Part shown: positions 63,010 through 64,000 of the stretch, one piece after another
How positions within the stretch are numbered: position 1 is the stretch's first letter
How the letters are laid out: the number at the start of each line of letters is the position of its first letter
Origin: Octopus sinensis
Taxonomy: Eukaryota
Length of the DNA stretch: 64,000 bases
Direction of reading: 5' to 3'
Assembly (NCBI RefSeq): GCF_006345805.1
Contig: NC_043019.1
Coordinates: forward strand, 3,472,001-3,536,000
Translations under genes and position numbers: made by a program
Notes under the pieces: generated by a model
What the model was told of the DNA's origin: nothing
What the model saw: the letters and a program-made list of their open reading frames with translations, nothing else
The model's database searches: none

Positions 63010-63798
63010 CTGCCAAGGGTCCACTTATCACTTCTCCAAATCCAGTCATTGTCGTGGTCAGTCCTAAACCAGATGCGTATCGCTCAATTCCGACTAAACC
63101 CATGATAATAGCTGGCGTCATACAGTTCCTAGTTCCTCCGCTCATTCCAATGATAACATTGCCGAGAACAAAGTATGAGTAGTTAATGCTATAGGAGAGG
63201 ATTAACAGGCCACAACCTTGAGATAATCCTGTGAAACAAAGCATTGATATGTTGGAGATACATTTTGTCCTGTGAATTATGGCTGAAATGCTCCGTGAAC
63301 ACAACGCTGACAATGCGCGCAGTGTAAGTACAAAAACAGTTCGATTTAGTCCAAACCCTCTGCCTACACCAACGTCAACCATCACTGTGGTGGCGCCACT
63401 GTACGATGAATTCAGGAAAGTCAACAACACCATGAAAACTAAATACATTTTCTCATTGAATACAGATAAATGGAAAAATTTCTTGGGTTTCTTTTCAGGT
63501 TTGGTAGAGTCCACTTCTGATGAGGTGTCTTCGACATCTTGCGGTATTGGAGGCAGCTTCTTCTTGTCTGGACTCATAACAATACAGAAGGCACAGATAT
63601 GTAAGTTAAATGCTGAAAGTAGCAACAATGATGAGCGCCATCCATAGATGTCCATCAAAAACTTGATAATAATGGGCATAGTCATGGCAGCAAGAGGTCG
63701 TGCCATCGTGATGACGATGGATAAATTGCTGATTTTCTTACCAAAGATATCACCAAGGGCAACAAATGTACCAACATTGATGAAGGAATATCCAGTTC
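63010..63798 (-). CDS. SLC16/monocarboxylate-transporter-like MFS protein, large internal exon
   Basis: Acceptor CTCTCTACCAG, donor GTTAGT, 789 nt, phase 1-1. Multiple TM helices with the MCT-type YGWR motif (PIIIKFLMDIYGWRSSLLLLSAFNLHIC) and central loop. The 5' exons lie beyond 64000. Confidence 0.9.
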
Positions 63799-63954
63799 CT
63801 GGTAGAGAGAAGGAAAACAAAAAGAGAGATAGAGTGAGAGAGGAGTTTGAAAGAAAGAGAGATGAAAACCAAGAAAAATAAATACATAAATGAAAAAATA
63901 TATACTCTCTCTTTCTCTTTTACTCTTATATATATATATATATATGTGTGTGTG

Positions 63955-63997
<43 letters not shown>

Positions 63998-64000
63998 ATT

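Overview
Repeat-rich animal genomic DNA, very probably an octopus (inference from the extreme microsatellite load and the tRNA-derived SINE set). No prokaryotic features, rRNA or CRISPR. Two spliced protein-coding genes can be built by hand on the minus strand. (1) A gene largely missed by the ORF track, with six in-phase exons (20383-20266, 12927-12691, 10712-10629, 8116-7961, 6145-5969, 844-696). It encodes a signal peptide, an unnamed Cys-containing N-terminal domain and one cadherin-like repeat, and runs off the left edge. (2) The last two exons of a divergent SLC16/MCT-type MFS transporter (63798-63010, 61047-60893). The rest is a nested mosaic of five SINE families, LINE fragments (CR1, RTE, R4/Dong), mariner and pogo/Tc2 remnants, Merlin-like and Tc2 MITEs, non-autonomous Helitrons, foldbacks and microsatellites. 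Most long ORFs in the track are microsatellite artefacts. Highlights: (a) small elements in (TA)n tracts carry type I hammerhead-ribozyme folds, namely one intact canonical motif (20049-20143), a three-copy family with a CUGUNGA core, and a foldback whose arms imply a G3:C8-swapped core; (b) a TSD-bounded chimera of a tRNA-Tyr 5' exon and a five-unit SINE array; (c) evidence that this SINE inserts at G(G/A)T sites, including a site in its own head, which would explain its tandem arrays; (d) an 18-bp minisatellite born inside a mariner transposase.
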